This document shows, one piece after another, positions 13,590 through 26,628 of a stretch of DNA of 64,000 bases. The number at the start of each line of letters is the position of its first letter. Within the stretch, counting starts at the first letter, position 1. The notes under the pieces were generated by a model, which searched no databases, had not been told where the DNA came from, and was given only the letters and a program-made list of their open reading frames with translations. The translations under genes were made by a program, and so were the position numbers. Source of the DNA: Dipteris shenzhenensis (Eukaryota); NCBI GenBank assembly GCA_047967505.1, contig CM106538.1; one strand, written 5' to 3'.

Positions 13590-14276
13590 TGTAATTAGGG
13601 GAGGGTACGTAAGTATGTGCATGTGTGCATGGCGAGATTTGTCGTGAGTTGGCGATTGGACGATTGTTACGAGGCGTGAACGACGAGCACTTACGACACA
13701 TGATCTTCATCGCTCGAGGACTCTCCCAATTTGTAAAATCGTCGTTAATCACCTTCATCACTTGCCCTTCGCCTGCTGGATCATTAGCCGGCAGCAAGCC
13801 GCTCCAATTTGATTATTATTTTTCCGTCTCTAGCCCGCAGCTGCCTGGACACGACAAGCTCCGGGATCCAATTTGTACACTCACGAACTGTTTCACCAGC
13901 TCTTTCGGAAGAGCAGCAGCTGCATGGGCTCTTCTCGAATCAATGACGAGTGCCGGTGCATTCGAAGATAGTACCTAGTTGGTGCCTATGCATTCGAGCT
14001 TTCTTTCTGATCCGCTCCACAAGACCTTTCACTTCAGAAGTAATAGCCTTAATTTACATCTCAGATAGTAGTGCTCTATTCAACGTTACGAGGCAGTGAT
14101 ACTCCGGTATTGCAGAATTCTGAATCCTCAAGCTGTCATAGTGTTTGAGAGGCAAAACACAGGCTGCAAAGAGAATGACTGACAGGGACACGTCATGACG
14201 TAGCCGATAGACCAAGCGAGACCAACAGAAAAAGATCTGAACATTCTACAACAAGATTGTCGAGGCTTATAATGAC
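13590..14276 (+). promoter_or_regulatory. Likely promoter/5' UTR region of the CRK gene
   Basis: Non-repetitive and visibly CpG-retaining, unlike the CpG-depleted flanking TEs; directly upstream of ATG 14277; paired ACGT cores (ACACGTCATGACGT) near 14188-14201. TSS not determinable. Confidence 0.45.
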
Positions 14277-14675
14277 ATGGGCCAGTGTTGTTCCAACCAC
14301 GTTAATACCGCCGATGCCATGCAGAAGAAGAATAAAATCGAGTCAGAACGCCCCTCAAGGTCCTCATCCAATGACGCAAGTTTGATCGAGAGGAGTAGCT
14401 TCTCCTTTCGGTTAACTCCTGCGCGAGGATTAACAAAACCATCGCCTTCCAAGCATATTCAATCCCTTCTAGCCGACAGACACAAGGAGAAGAATGGAAT
14501 TGAACAAATGAAACTCCCAGAAATAAATTTCGGATTTGCAAGGAACTTTTCGGCCAAGTATGACGTGGGAGCTGAGGTAGGCCGTGGGCACTTTGGATAC
14601 ACATGCAGTGCTCTTCCGAAGTCTGGCGAATTTCAGGGACAGACAGTCGCTGTGAAAATTATGTCCAAAGCTGAG
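14277..14675 (+). CDS. CRK: CDPK-related kinase exon 1 (variable N-terminus, kinase subdomains I-II)
   Basis: MGQCCS acylation-type start; PSPSKHI motif; NFGFARNFSAKYDVGAEVGRGHFGYTC...VAVKIMSKAE; donor GAG|GTAAA at 14676; 399 nt, phase 0. Confidence 0.95.
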
Positions 14676-16199
14676 GTAAAACTGAACTCGTGTACCCCTT
14701 TTTAAGTTCTTCTGGGTAAGTATCTCTCAACTACATGGAAGCGATTTGAGAGTTTGAGATTGCCATTTATGCTTGCGATAGCAATGTTCAACAAAAGCAT
14801 TCCCAAACAGTGTTGTTATGTGTTCAAAACTAAGTTATTCTCATCCCTGGCATCAATCCCCCCACGTAATTTTCCAGACAATCAAGTATGTTTGACTTCA
14901 GAAACCGATCAACTACGTCCTCATAGGTATGTATACAGGCATTCTCAGCATGCAGGCACAACTTTAAGGGTGTAAGTGCTTCCTACATTCAAATACCTGT
15001 TACTAGAAAGGACTGTTTCTTGTTTAGAACTTTATAAAAAGTGTATTACGTCTCAACAATGACAACGTAATAGGGGAGAGAAAACTACTCTTGTACGATA
15101 AGTTCCAACATGAGGGAAGGGGAGAATCCCTATTCTAAGCACGTAAAACCGCAAAAAAAGCATCTGGTCCAATACCCATAAAGAGCCAATGAGGAGGTGC
15201 ATAATGCCAAACATACCCCAATAAATGAAAAAATGAAACCTCAATCCCACACTCTAAAAAAAAGCTTTTCTTTGACTCTGGGGATCTCAAAACACCTGTC
15301 TCATTGGACCCAAAGTGTGGATGATTTTGTGACCAAATCTGATTTGTGGCCAAATCTGAGATAAGGTCTCTCTCCATCTAGTGAACACCTCCCATCACCT
15401 AGGTACAAGGAGCACACTGTAGTTTGATCAGAGAAACTACTGAGAATTCCTCCAAAGCAAGATGCTGTAGCAAAAGGCTACAATCTTGGAGAAACTGGGG
15501 AGTCGCAGATTCGAATATGTGAATTAAGCCAGTAATGAAATAAAAGATCTTAGCTAAAGGTCTCTGAGGACCTGAGGTGGAGAATGTCCAGTTACATACT
15601 TCTACCTTACACAGGTATGCTTACAAATTGTCGCTGTATTATTAACTGGATGCTATACAAAAAATGGTGTAATGTGCCAGGCATGCTTATTCTTCAATCT
15701 ACAGTAAATACAAAACCAACCTATACAAGTGAAGATGTTAAGCTGATGCCATAATATGATTTAAATCTTCCAAGAACTTACATTGAAGTCTGGTCTAACT
15801 TTGTTGAGTTAACTCCACCATCATGCTTCAACAAAACTTGATGCCCACATGCATTTGTAATTTGTTTTCCTAAAATGCACTTAGTGAAACTTACAAAGAC
15901 TTGCATTTAAAACCCCCTCCCGACCCCACGATGCCTTCAATGGTGGGTACTGTGTATCATTGGAGACGAATGCTGCTTCAACAAAGTGGTGCATCTTTGT
16001 CAAGTTACAACTTTGTAGCACATTTTCTATATCAGATTATAGGGACTCCTATGAAAATCAAGTGCATTGTTTTTTTAGGCATAGTAACAATGCATTTTTT
16101 CACAGTCAGAGAAAATTTTCTCCTAAGCCCTGTCAGGGGACATTTACAGTGTAGTTCTGTTCCACTACCGAAGCAGCACAAAAACATGTAAAACATATA

Positions 16200-17001
16200 T
16201 GTGATATGGAAATTTGTCTTCTATGTGAACAGGCTTAAGGTAAATCTCAAAGATTATGACATTTGAGGTGACCAGCTGACCTCTTGTAGATCTGAGTGAC
16301 TAGATGAGCTCTCATAAATCTGAGGTGACTAGGTGACCCCTTCCTTATACATGTGGGGTGACCCCAGCGACCAAATGACATTTAGTAGATTTGATGTGAC
16401 CAAGCAGCCCAGGGTATGGATAGTGACTAGGATGATTACCGTGAATTAGAGGTGATGATGATGCTGACTAGGAGGTGATGACAAAGAAGTTGGTGACATC
16501 CAAGGTGATTTGGCACAGATGCTACTTGCTCGGCCACAGGTCATCAAGCTGGCACTCTCCCAGCACCCTGAATCACCAATTGCAAGTCAGCATCTCCAGT
16601 CACGAGAAGACCGCTCATGGAGGAGTTATGACACCACCAAAAAGATAGAGCATCACTTAAAAGTGACAGGATTCCGGTGCACTCAAGGAATCCCAAGTTC
16701 ATCGAGGACCGACCAATGGAATGCAACAGCTTTAAAATGGAGGAGGAGAGGAACCAATGAGAGCTACGGGTATTCTACAAATGGGAGAAAGCACTGATCA
16801 TTGCCAAAGGACATTAGAGGGTCAAGGCGAGGAGAGGGAGATCACTAGGTTGATTGTAGGGAAAAACGCCAGACCTACAATCTCACCTGTGTAAGTGTTA
16901 TAGAGTTCTTAGAGGAGTTTTGTTTCCTATTGTCTTATCACTGATGGTAGAACTAGCCTGTTGTGATTGTTTTTAGTTTTAGCAACGTGTAGGTGATCAC
17001 A
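16200..17001. mobile_element. Probable solo LTR
   Basis: Termini TGTGAT...ATCACA (6-bp inverted repeat); flanks ATATA/ATCTA (1 mismatch); internal GTGAC-rich repeats. Confidence 0.55.
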
Positions 17002-17719
17002 ATCTACAAAACCAGAGGTTGTCGGTTTGATGCCCAGCAGGATCACCAAAAATGTACTAGACTAAGGCCTGAGTCCAAAAAAGATATGATGAGTTCACAA
17101 CATGCAGAATGCAAAGAAAGTGGTGTTCATATCCCAAGACATTCCCTGATAACCACTTGCGTGGCCACCCATGCCTTTACTAGAAAAGGGGGAAAATTTG
17201 CAAGATCAGTGACCAATGACCCAGTATGGGAAGGGTTGGTCTGCTAAAAGAAAATGAGAGCATTGTTCATACCAATGAAAGCTATTCAATTCTCAAGCCC
17301 CATATTAAAGAATCTGAACCAAGGTTCTAGGTCGCCAGCCAGGGCATTAATCTACATGCAGACCCCAGACCCCTCCCTAGACATTCTGTATTGTGAGCAA
17401 GTCCAAAGATACTGCACAAAATCATCATCAAAACAACATCCCTGCACACATTCTTTGGCAACCCACAGCCCATACGAGAGTCTCGAGTGGTATTTTCTTC
17501 TTGTCACAACTTACACACTTCACCTTAAGAAATATATATCTGCACATACTCTTTAAGTAACATAATGGAATAGAGCCATGAGAAACCCTGCTGAGAGTTT
17601 CTAATGGTGTGAGATTGTGGATTTCTTCTCACAAAGTTTTTGCTAATTTCTCTTTTCTGGGCTTGACTATAATTTTCTCCTCATTAGGTCATCATGTATT
17701 GTTTAAAATATCTTTTGCA

Positions 17720-19520
17720 GGGTACCATCCAACCCAACACGGACATTTCAAACAATGTAGAAAATAGCCCAGTGCCTCTACTACTACAAAAAGGAAGAGG
17801 AAGGGAGCGAGGGGGCAACCCTACTGAGAAGAGTGAGAAAGAGAAAAGTCCTCATCCATGTGCCCCCCAATAATCATCTGCTGGAACTCCCTACGTAAAG
17901 GGCTCAGACCCTTCTGATCCACCTCTTCAAGAATTCTTGTCTCTGCATGGTGCACTCCAAAAGGACCACTCCACTCTATCATATGCCTTCTCAAAATCCA
18001 AGAGAAGAATGTCAAGAGGCTGCAACTCCTCCTTGGCCCAATCCATTGCCTCCCAAAACGTAAAGATGTTGTCCGAACAAATCCTGTCTATGTGTCATGA
18101 ATGATGTCTGGCAGGTGGGGTCTCAACTGCAAGCTCAAGACCTTGGCAAAGATCTTATAAGCCATGTCTAGTAAGGTGATCGGTCTGCACTTCCTGATAT
18201 CTGATCTATCTCCCTCCTTTGGAATCAGGCAAATCCAACCTCGGCTCAAGGATTGCGAGAGGGAGTCTGATTCAAAAATCTCCTTGCAAGCCAAATGAAG
18301 CAGAGCGCATATGTGCTCCAAAAACAACGAAATAAGGTCGAAGTCAAGCCGTCCTCTCCTGGGCACTTCTAAGGGAGAGCCTTGAGGGCCTCCCAAAGCT
18401 CTCCATCCGTGAATGGAGCCTCTAGTCAATCTCTGCGGGACACCGTCGGAACCTCCAAATTGCCTCTCGGACTATCAAAGTTGTGGGCCACTCCACCTCG
18501 GACTGAAATAACTATCGGTAGAAATCCATGGTCAGCTTAAGGGTCTCCTGAGGGTCCGTCTGCATCTGTCCGTGCTCATCCCGTAGTCTCTAAAGATGAA
18601 CCCCAGCTGATCATGGCCGAGTGGTATGAAAGATCTACTTGGTCATCTTGTCTCCTTGTTGTACCCACATGACCTTGAAGGAGTGGTACATGAACTCAGC
18701 CTTGCAAATCTCCGTGGCCTAAAGTCAAGCAGTGCGCTCTCATATTTGTCTTTGAGCCATTGGGAACTTGGGTCTTGCTCTCTAAGTCTCTCAATGGAGG
18801 CCAGATCACGCCGCAATGCTCTCTTCTGCTGTTGAAGATCATGCCTCCGCCAAAGGGCTGAGGACTGCAGGTCCTAACTACGCTAGATCGTATCCGCCAC
18901 CCATGACCCCCGACCCTCTCTGGGTCACCCTGCTGACTACCTCTAGATATCGGCTACTGCTTGCTGAACTGCAAGAGATCATATGGGATGCGAACCCCCT
19001 TTTGGGGTAGTCCATGGCAGGGCTGCTTTAGATACAATACAGTAGGAGTGTGAATCTGACATCGTTGTACCTGCTAGGATGCCCATGGAGTCTCCCCTAT
19101 GCAGTGCCCACTCCCCAACATAGAATTTGTCGAGACGATCCAACAAGCTATCATGCCTCCTCTGCCCAAAAGAAAAATGAAGGCTGCCAAGAAACCTAGT
19201 AAACTCTGCCTCCCTCTGAGGACTCTACCATTGACCATGAAAATGAATTGCTCCCAGGTCCTCCTCTCTACTGTTGGCATCTCAGCAAAAGAGGCTCCTC
19301 CCTGCTTGTCCTTCGCAAACTCTAGATTGTTGAAGTCATCTCCAACTATCCATGAGTCTACATCTGGAAGATACTTTATCAATTGTCTCCAAAAAGAAGG
19401 GCGGTGCTGCCTGCAAGTGGGAGCATACATGTTTAGGATCTCGATCTTGATGATTTGGAACTTTAACCACGAAGTACTCATAAGTGGCTACACGACATCC
19501 CAGAATAGTACGAGTGTGTA
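17720..19520 (-). mobile_element. L1-type LINE ORF2 fragment, endonuclease to RT motif B
   Basis: LNMYAP...PDVDSWIVGDDFNNLE (19074-19481); ICLIPKEGDRSDIRKCRPITLLDMAYKIFAKVL (18088-18429); Q*GCPLAP near 17800-17826. Confidence 0.8.
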
Positions 19521-19599
19521 GAGAAGAGCATGATGGAATAGACAGGGGCATTTGTGACATAAAATCTATTTTGTTATTTGGCATGTTTTAGGTATGTGT

Positions 19600-20590
19600 A
19601 GCTTTGTGGATATGTATGCTCAAGCAATTGGCCTCATAGGGATAAGGTTGCCGCCGTGATCTGACAAGAGGAGGAGCTGCTAGACTTAGAGTTTGCAGAC
19701 GATATAGCCCTATATGTGGAGGGATCAGCAACAAGCCTTGAAACAATCAAGGGGGCCTTGGCTATCTATTGTGACGACATGGCCCACATCAATTGGACCA
19801 AATCTATTGGCTTCTTCAAGGACAGAGAGAAGATTTAGGAGGTTCGAGACTGGGGGGCTGATTTTGGCTTTTGTTGGATCCCATGGATATCTTAGCAAAG
19901 TAGCAGATTGCTCTGGTTTTAGAAAGTATTCCGTGCAAGCTCTTGTATTGGAGCTCGACCAAACTCTCCTTAGTCACAGCAGAGGACCGGTAGTCAGCCA
20001 GGCCCTTCTTGAATGGCCTGGTATATATCCTCCTGCCTTGCTTCCATCGAGGATCCTACCTTACTTCCTTTGGGTAGGATCGGTTGGCACACGAAATACT
20101 AGAGCTCGAGTGGCTTGGTAGACACCCCGCAAGCATGTGGAAGTCTAGGCATCATCGATTCGGAGATGCAGAGCAGAGCCCTCTTGGGCAAGCTGGTGGT
20201 ATGTGGTCTCACCACAGGTGTGGTGCCCTGGAAGCTCCTCTTTTGGTGGGGGCTCCTTGGGAACACTCCTCGCAGAGGTGGATAGTGGCAGCATTCCCAC
20301 AAGTGGACTTTTTCGATGGCCCTCCTCACGGGGACCCCTCATGAGGAGCCTTTTTAGGTTTTGCTGGTAGCAGTTGGTTGGGGGGGCTCATTCAGACCAA
20401 CTCCTCCTGTAAGGAGAAATTCAAGATGCAACCAATCATATGGCACCCAGAGGTCCGAGACTCGGAGGGGCATATGCTAGGCTAACATGTGCATATTGGA
20501 TGGGCGCAATGGGACAATGGCCCAGCTAGGTCCTTCGAGATGTGGAGACAGCTCCCTAGGGACGTAGAGACTAGAGGGTAGGCTCCACTC
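19600..20590 (+). mobile_element. L1-type LINE RT fragment starting just before the catalytic motif
   Basis: LLDLEFADDIALYV at about 19677-19718; degenerate downstream. Confidence 0.65.
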
Positions 20591-20596
20591 AGTAGG

Positions 20597-22473
20597 ATGT
20601 CTTGTTACTGCAAGTTGACACTACCAAAGCATTTGACACAATTCAATGGGATTTTATATCGCAAACCATGCATGCATTGGGTTTTGGATAGAAATTGCAG
20701 CAGATTATTTATCGGCTTTATTGTGATAGCAAAGCCTCTTGCATACTCTCTGGGGCTATCTCTAAAGCATGGACCCTCTGCTGTTCAGTTCATCAAGGCT
20801 GTCCACTTAGTGCGCTTTTATATGCCATAGCCACACATACCATGCTTCAACACATGGATCATCCGGTAGCAACTAACATGCTTCATGGCTTGTGGCCGGG
20901 GGAAAATTGTTCAGCCCACTTACTTGGTTCGTCATCTTGGTTATCCTCTGGGTTGGACGATTATTTATTGCCAACAAGCTGACTAAAGAAAAAGCTTGAA
21001 TATTGGAAGTTGGAAATTTGGCCTATGCATGCCCGGTTATGAATTGTCCAATCTATTTTGGTGGCTTATATTCAGTTCTACTTGCCTTTGATTATGTTCA
21101 GCAAGGAGGATCTTACATTTTTTATGTCTATTGTTCTAGAAACTTTCTAGCATTCAAAATATGGCAAGGAGAGCTTGAGATGCTCTCGGCACAGCATCTC
21201 TGTTCGCCAAAGATGAATGGAGGACTGAATATTCTGAACATTCAAGTCCATATTCTTGCCCACAAGGGGAAAATGATGCTGCACTTCTTGCAGGGTTCTC
21301 AACCTTGGGTTGCCATGATACACCATTTGCTTTTACAACTCACCACTCCTACTTTTGGATATTGGCAGCCTACACAATGGGATTTTCTTTTGGGTTGTGT
21401 TGATGGCAAGATCAAAGGTTGTACTCTGGTCTCAAATATGTTACTGGATTGGAAGCCTGTCCTCTTGCATTTGAAATGGAATGGTTGGGATTCATTGCAA
21501 GGAAATTATGTCGAAGCTAAGAGCATACATTGATCAAAGGCTTTGCCCTTCCGTTGGCATTACAGGAGCCTAGACATCATATTTCCTCAGTTTGAAAGGA
21601 ATCCATCCAGTTGTGGATGTCATTCATGATGATGGAACTATCCTTCTTGTCCTCTAGCAGCTGCAAAATTTGGTCTTGGAATGCATTACCGTTTCATGTG
21701 GCAAACTGTTACTGATATGCTCCAATCTTTTCAACCAGTTTTGCCACTAGAGCTTGAGGACTGTCTTCAAGATTGGACTCTTTCTTTACCAAGGTCATCT
21801 TGCCGTCCTTTGGGGCTGTCACATATTACCGTCTCTTCTTTATATAAAGTACTTCTGCCTCCGCCATGGGTTTCTCAAAAGGCCAATCAGCTTTGGCAAA
21901 TGAATCATCCTGCAAAGTGGTAAGAGATTGAGACAGATTTGGAATTCAAAAATTTCCCTCCGACAATGGGCTTTTTTGTGACAAGTTCTGCTGGGGTTCT
22001 TCCATCTGGGCAACTTTTGGCATGCAGAAACTATTTGCCGTAGATGTTTGGTTCCGCGGAAGTTTGTGCCTCATCTTATTTGGCATTGCCCCTATACTCG
22101 TGATTTCTTGAGCTTCCTTGGGTTTGAGAATTTGCTTTCCTAATGCTACCTTTGGGAAGTTTTTCTAGGTTTTCGAGATTCATCCACCCAGACAGGAATT
22201 TGATTTGTTTTTTCTTTGGGTTCGTTACTAGGCACTGTGGACTCTATGGAAGGATAGAAATCATAGTCTTTGGTGATCCTACATTTTCTACTTTCTCTTT
22301 GTTTAGGCACTCTTTGCAGAAATCTCTCTTTGATTGTCTACAAACTCATTATATAGAACGTGATGTATACTTGTCATATAGTGAGATTTTCTGTTGATGT
22401 AATTTAGCATATCTTGTTTTTTGGGATAGCCAAACTGTAATATAAAGTATCAAAATTTTCACCCAAAAAAAAA
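20597..22473 (+). mobile_element. 5'-truncated L1-type LINE with poly(A) tail
   Basis: LLQVDTTKAFDTIQW, VHQGCPLSALLY, LCSPKMNGGLNILNI, Cys/His remnant near 22035-22090 (ICRRCL...HLIWHCP), A9 tail 22465-22473. Confidence 0.75.
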
Positions 22474-22478
22474 GTGTG

Positions 22479-22502
22479 GAGAGAGAGAGAGAGAGAGAGA
22501 GA
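22479..22502. repeat. (GA)n microsatellite
   Basis: Direct reading. Confidence 0.9.
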
Positions 22503-23754
22503 TGCCTCCCATCACCCAAGCTCCATGCTTAAGGCTGCCTCACCCTCTTCATCGTCAAAGTAGCAGACCAATATGACAACATGGCTCCGATCACATAAGT
22601 GCTAATGATACCACCATAGCTGATCCAATTCCAAACCCCTTTCCAATTTCTGCCATAGTGTTGCCAACGGCATCCAAACCACCAGTCCTTTCGAGAATAT
22701 TGCAATTCTACTGATCTTGTCGTTGATTGGCCCATACACATCGATTCCCATGCACATGGCAATGGTGCACAACACACCCAATGCTCGTATTCCTAGTGAA
22801 ATACTTAATAGTGTAGCCAATGATCTCAATAGTCTGGCTCCCATGCAGAAAAACAATTTCCACTACTGCACCAGCTTTGGGATGCCCCGATCGTATACGT
22901 GGAATGACGTTGGGAAGTGCAAGCCAGCAGATAAGAAGGATGTTGATGTCATCAATGTAGAAGAGATGATCAGCTGCCTCTTGAAAGCAGGCTCGATTGT
23001 TTGACGTCCTTGATTTTGTAGAAACTGGTAGCAAGCAAAGTCATGATCAAGCACACAATGATACCCATGGAGCTGATTAGTAGAGCTGTAGATCATGAGC
23101 GATGCCAAAAGAGATGGGAAAGGGACACCCACAAGATTTGGACAACCCTGTCCAAATCTGCTCCCTCAAAGAAGATCTAGGGACTCAACAATGTGAGGCA
23201 AGCCACAAATCCCCAAGTGATGTAACAAGTTCTTTTTTGCATTCTAGCGAACAAGTGCACAATGCCCTACTTGACGCTTTGGGGGCCTCTCCAACCCCAA
23301 ATGCAATGATCACAAACTCTTAAGGCTATGAAGGATCTTGGGCATCTAGGATCCACACCACAAGTCTATCTCCACAAGTGTTGTGGCTGGAAGTCCACCA
23401 TACTAGCAGAGCCAAAAGAATATAGAAATATGTCTCTTCTAGTAGGTTCTTTAAAGTTGTCTCCAAAAGTGTGCCTGCATGGGAAGAGTGATGCCATAGG
23501 TCTAGTGAGCTTTTCGGGTGCACTCTGAAACCGGCCTTGTCTGGCATTCTGAATGGTGTAATCAAACAAGGGAAGTGTCGTGTCACTCTTCAAAGTCCCA
23601 TGGTCGTCCTCAAATGCTAGCCTTGGTATTTGTAAGATGACACCAATCTTTTTCCTTCAAATGCAAAGGAGACTTGTTTTTTGTCCCAATCATCATGACT
23701 GCAATCTTCATTTGAATACTTTGAGATTGCAAGTTGCCATTGTAGGCCAAGGAG

Positions 23755-26230
23755 GGAGAGAGAGACAGACAGAGAGAGATTATTAGATTCTTGAAAGACC
23801 AAAAAAATGAAGTTTATTATAGTCTGTGGAAGAACAAAGGATCTATGAGATTGAAGAAAACCAGTTACATTTAAAAACTAAATGATGGATCCACTAAAGC
23901 TGGCATCCACACTCCAAGACTGATACCTAAAACAAAAAAAAGAACAGGTAGGGTGTCTCTATAGGAGGCTATACATAGCATATCATGTCAATCCTCAAGG
24001 GAGCCATGGAATATTACTATTGACGAGCCGCTTTTGTCATCAAGTATTGAATCCTTTGTATACTCGCTGAGGGACCAAGGCCATAAATAGTAGAGGATAC
24101 AGAATATGATCTTGGACTCACTAAAGCACGTGTCCACTCCCAAGAATGATATCTAAAACCAAAAAAAGAAAGTAGGGTGTCTCTAAAGGAGGCTATACAT
24201 AGAATATCATGTTAGCCCACAAGAGAGCCATGGAAGATTGCTATTAAGAAGCCGGTTTTGTCATCAAGTATTGAATCCTTTGTATACTTGTTGTTGGGGG
24301 ACCAAGGGCAAAATTTGGTAGAGGATAAAGAAAATAATCTTGGCATGCAATGGCTCTAGTGAAGGCTAGTATCGTTGATGAATGAAGTCAATGATAGGAC
24401 ATTGGCTATGATTAATGTGGGTAGCCTATCTGTGGCCCTCTCTCCTCCTCTGTGGTCTATGAGAGAGAGCTTGTTGCTTGCCAAGTGCCACAAGCATTCC
24501 CATTGTCTGTCTCCCCAAGTCAAACATAAGGAGGGGATATTACAATGTCATGCTCTCTAGGTCTCAGTTGTATATTCTCTTTAGTTACCTTTGGCCAATG
24601 TCTCTTGAGTGGATTATCATCATCTGGCGAGGATCAAGTACTTATGATCTCATCTTCGCACTCTAAGCAATCGATCTCTATGTTGTTAAGCCTAGTGTAG
24701 AAATTTTGCGACACGTCTCTAATCAAGGTGGACCAGGATGTGGGTTTCTATTGGTTAGCTTTCCTTTTCACGTCCTCATGTATTTTACGAGAGGCATGAC
24801 TCTTCTTATGCTTTCTCAATTCGGCAACACTTAGTTGAGTCATGCCCTCTGGATGATGTACTAGTCTTACCTTTCAGAGTGGTACATGCTTTAGTGTATT
24901 CCTCTTGGGAGATTCTAGATAGCATTTCAGGTGGCAAATCTGGAGGGCTAGATGCACAGAGGCCTTAGACTATTCAAAAGTCTAAGGCCTCTCATACTTT
25001 GGCTAGTATTTGGACAGATACCATACATAGTCTGATAGCCACTTGGATGAGCTTGTAGGGATCTTCTCGAGCGGCCTCTACTAGGAGGGCTACTTACCTT
25101 AGCAAATGGAGAGGCTCCCCTTTCTTCTCAAAGTCCTCTATAGAATGGGTGGCATTTTGCAGCCTCAACCTTGTATTTTTTCTACCTCCTTTTGAGGAGT
25201 AATTTTGTCCATCTTGGAGCCTTATTTCATGCACTAAATATTTGAGTATGGAGAGATTGAGGCCTTATTTCTGCATGTTTGAGCATACTAACGTCTCCCT
25301 CTATTGCTAGTACCATACACAAGGTCAAAACCAACCGAGACATCAAATTCTGTCTTGATGTTGCGGTGTCAAAGTGCTTAACTCTATGGAGATATGTGGC
25401 TACCTGAAACGTTGCATCAAGTTGTGTAGGAGCGGCTTCAAACTCTGCCAAAAGAATCTGATGTGGAATCGATGGCTTGTTTTGATCATCATGTGCACAA
25501 TAAAACTTGTAGCACTCTCTTAGAGACTAGTCTACCTCTGATAGGTTTGGGTGCTAGATGAGGCTGCCATTCATCCGAGCTAGGTAAATAAGGGAATCAA
25601 AGAGGAGATTTGGTTTTGGGATCCTAAAAATGGGACTAAAAAAATGATCGCTCAATTTTGGTGAGTGAGTGTAGCATACCCTTTGCTTGTTCGGCATGTA
25701 TAGCTAGTCTTGTCACCAAGATTGGGCATGAAAAAAGAACCCCTAGGTTAGTAAAAGACAAAATTGTTGCCCAAATTATGTTGAAGATCATAGTCTTGGT
25801 TTTTCGAATCTTGACCTTCAAATCATGTGTCCCACAGAAAGTCTAGAGTGTGTCTAAATGTGAGAGGTCCTTAGGGAAAGAGAAAATAAGGCCACAAAAT
25901 CTGCATATAGGAGAATCAAGATAGGGAATCTAGCTAAGAGTGAATTTATGCCGCCTAGTGTCACAATGAATGACTCAAGATCATCAATGTATACTCCAAA
26001 CAAATTTAATGATAAGGGAATCCTTGCTTGACCCTTATCGTATTCATCACCTCCTTTTTCCAACCAACTATCTTCTAAAATCTTACCTGATACCCACTCA
26101 TAGGGTGTCATGGCTATCCAAATAATATCTTGACTATACCCTAAGTCTATAGGATGTCAAAGACCTTGGCATTGTGTCAACAAGTCTTGTAGAAATCCAC
26201 AAAGCAAAATTAAGTTCTCTATCTGAATAC
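23755..26230 (-). mobile_element. Degenerate RTE-X-like LINE (same family as 54827-60492) with (TC)n tail
   Basis: FGVYIDDLESF...ILILLYAD (25854-26111) and AEFEAAPTQLDATF...YLHRV (25227-25451) match ORF2 of the 54.8-60.5 kb element; 3' terminal motif and (GA)n at 23755-23860; about 228-bp tandem duplication in the 3' UTR (23890-24345). Confidence 0.75.
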
Positions 26231-26232
26231 CT

Positions 26233-26330
26233 TGAGAGAGAGAGAGAGAGTTCTATGAACATTTCTTGAAGACCACAAGTGATCTATGGGACCAAAAATC
26301 TTACATATGTAGAGAAAATCCAATATCAGA
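26233..26330 (-). mobile_element. Short 3' end of the RTE-X-like LINE family
   Basis: (GA)n 26233-26250 followed by reverse complement of the family 3' motif (CATAGATCACTTGTGGTCTTC). Confidence 0.5.
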
Positions 26331-26384
26331 GAAGACCATCTCCAAGTAAAAGATCTTAAGAAACATGAGAAGAGAAAAACCACC

Positions 26385-26518
26385 AAACCTAAATGGACTT
26401 ACAAAGACTTCCAATGAGACACAAAAACATCAAACCTAAATATACCTACAAAGACTTCCAATGAGACACAAAAACATCAAACCTAAATATACCTACAAAA
26501 ACTTCCAATGAGACACAA
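26385..26518. repeat. 47-bp minisatellite, about 3 copies
   Basis: Unit AAACCTAAATATACCTACAAAGACTTCCAATGAGACACAAAAACATC. Confidence 0.85.
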
Positions 26519-26628
26519 GAGTACAAACATTACATTAGTTTGAGTCTGAGAGTCAAGATTCTTTGGCTTGAAATCCTAGATAATAGTATTGCCATCTCTT
26601 TATATTGCCCATTTTTCCATCTTCCTTG

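Noticed and set aside
13625-13978. 117-aa ORF upstream of CRK
   Set aside because: Non-ATG start and no recognisable homology; more likely promoter/UTR.
22503-23750. Possible L1 ORF1 remnant on the minus strand
   Set aside because: Only weak resemblance; too degenerate to call.
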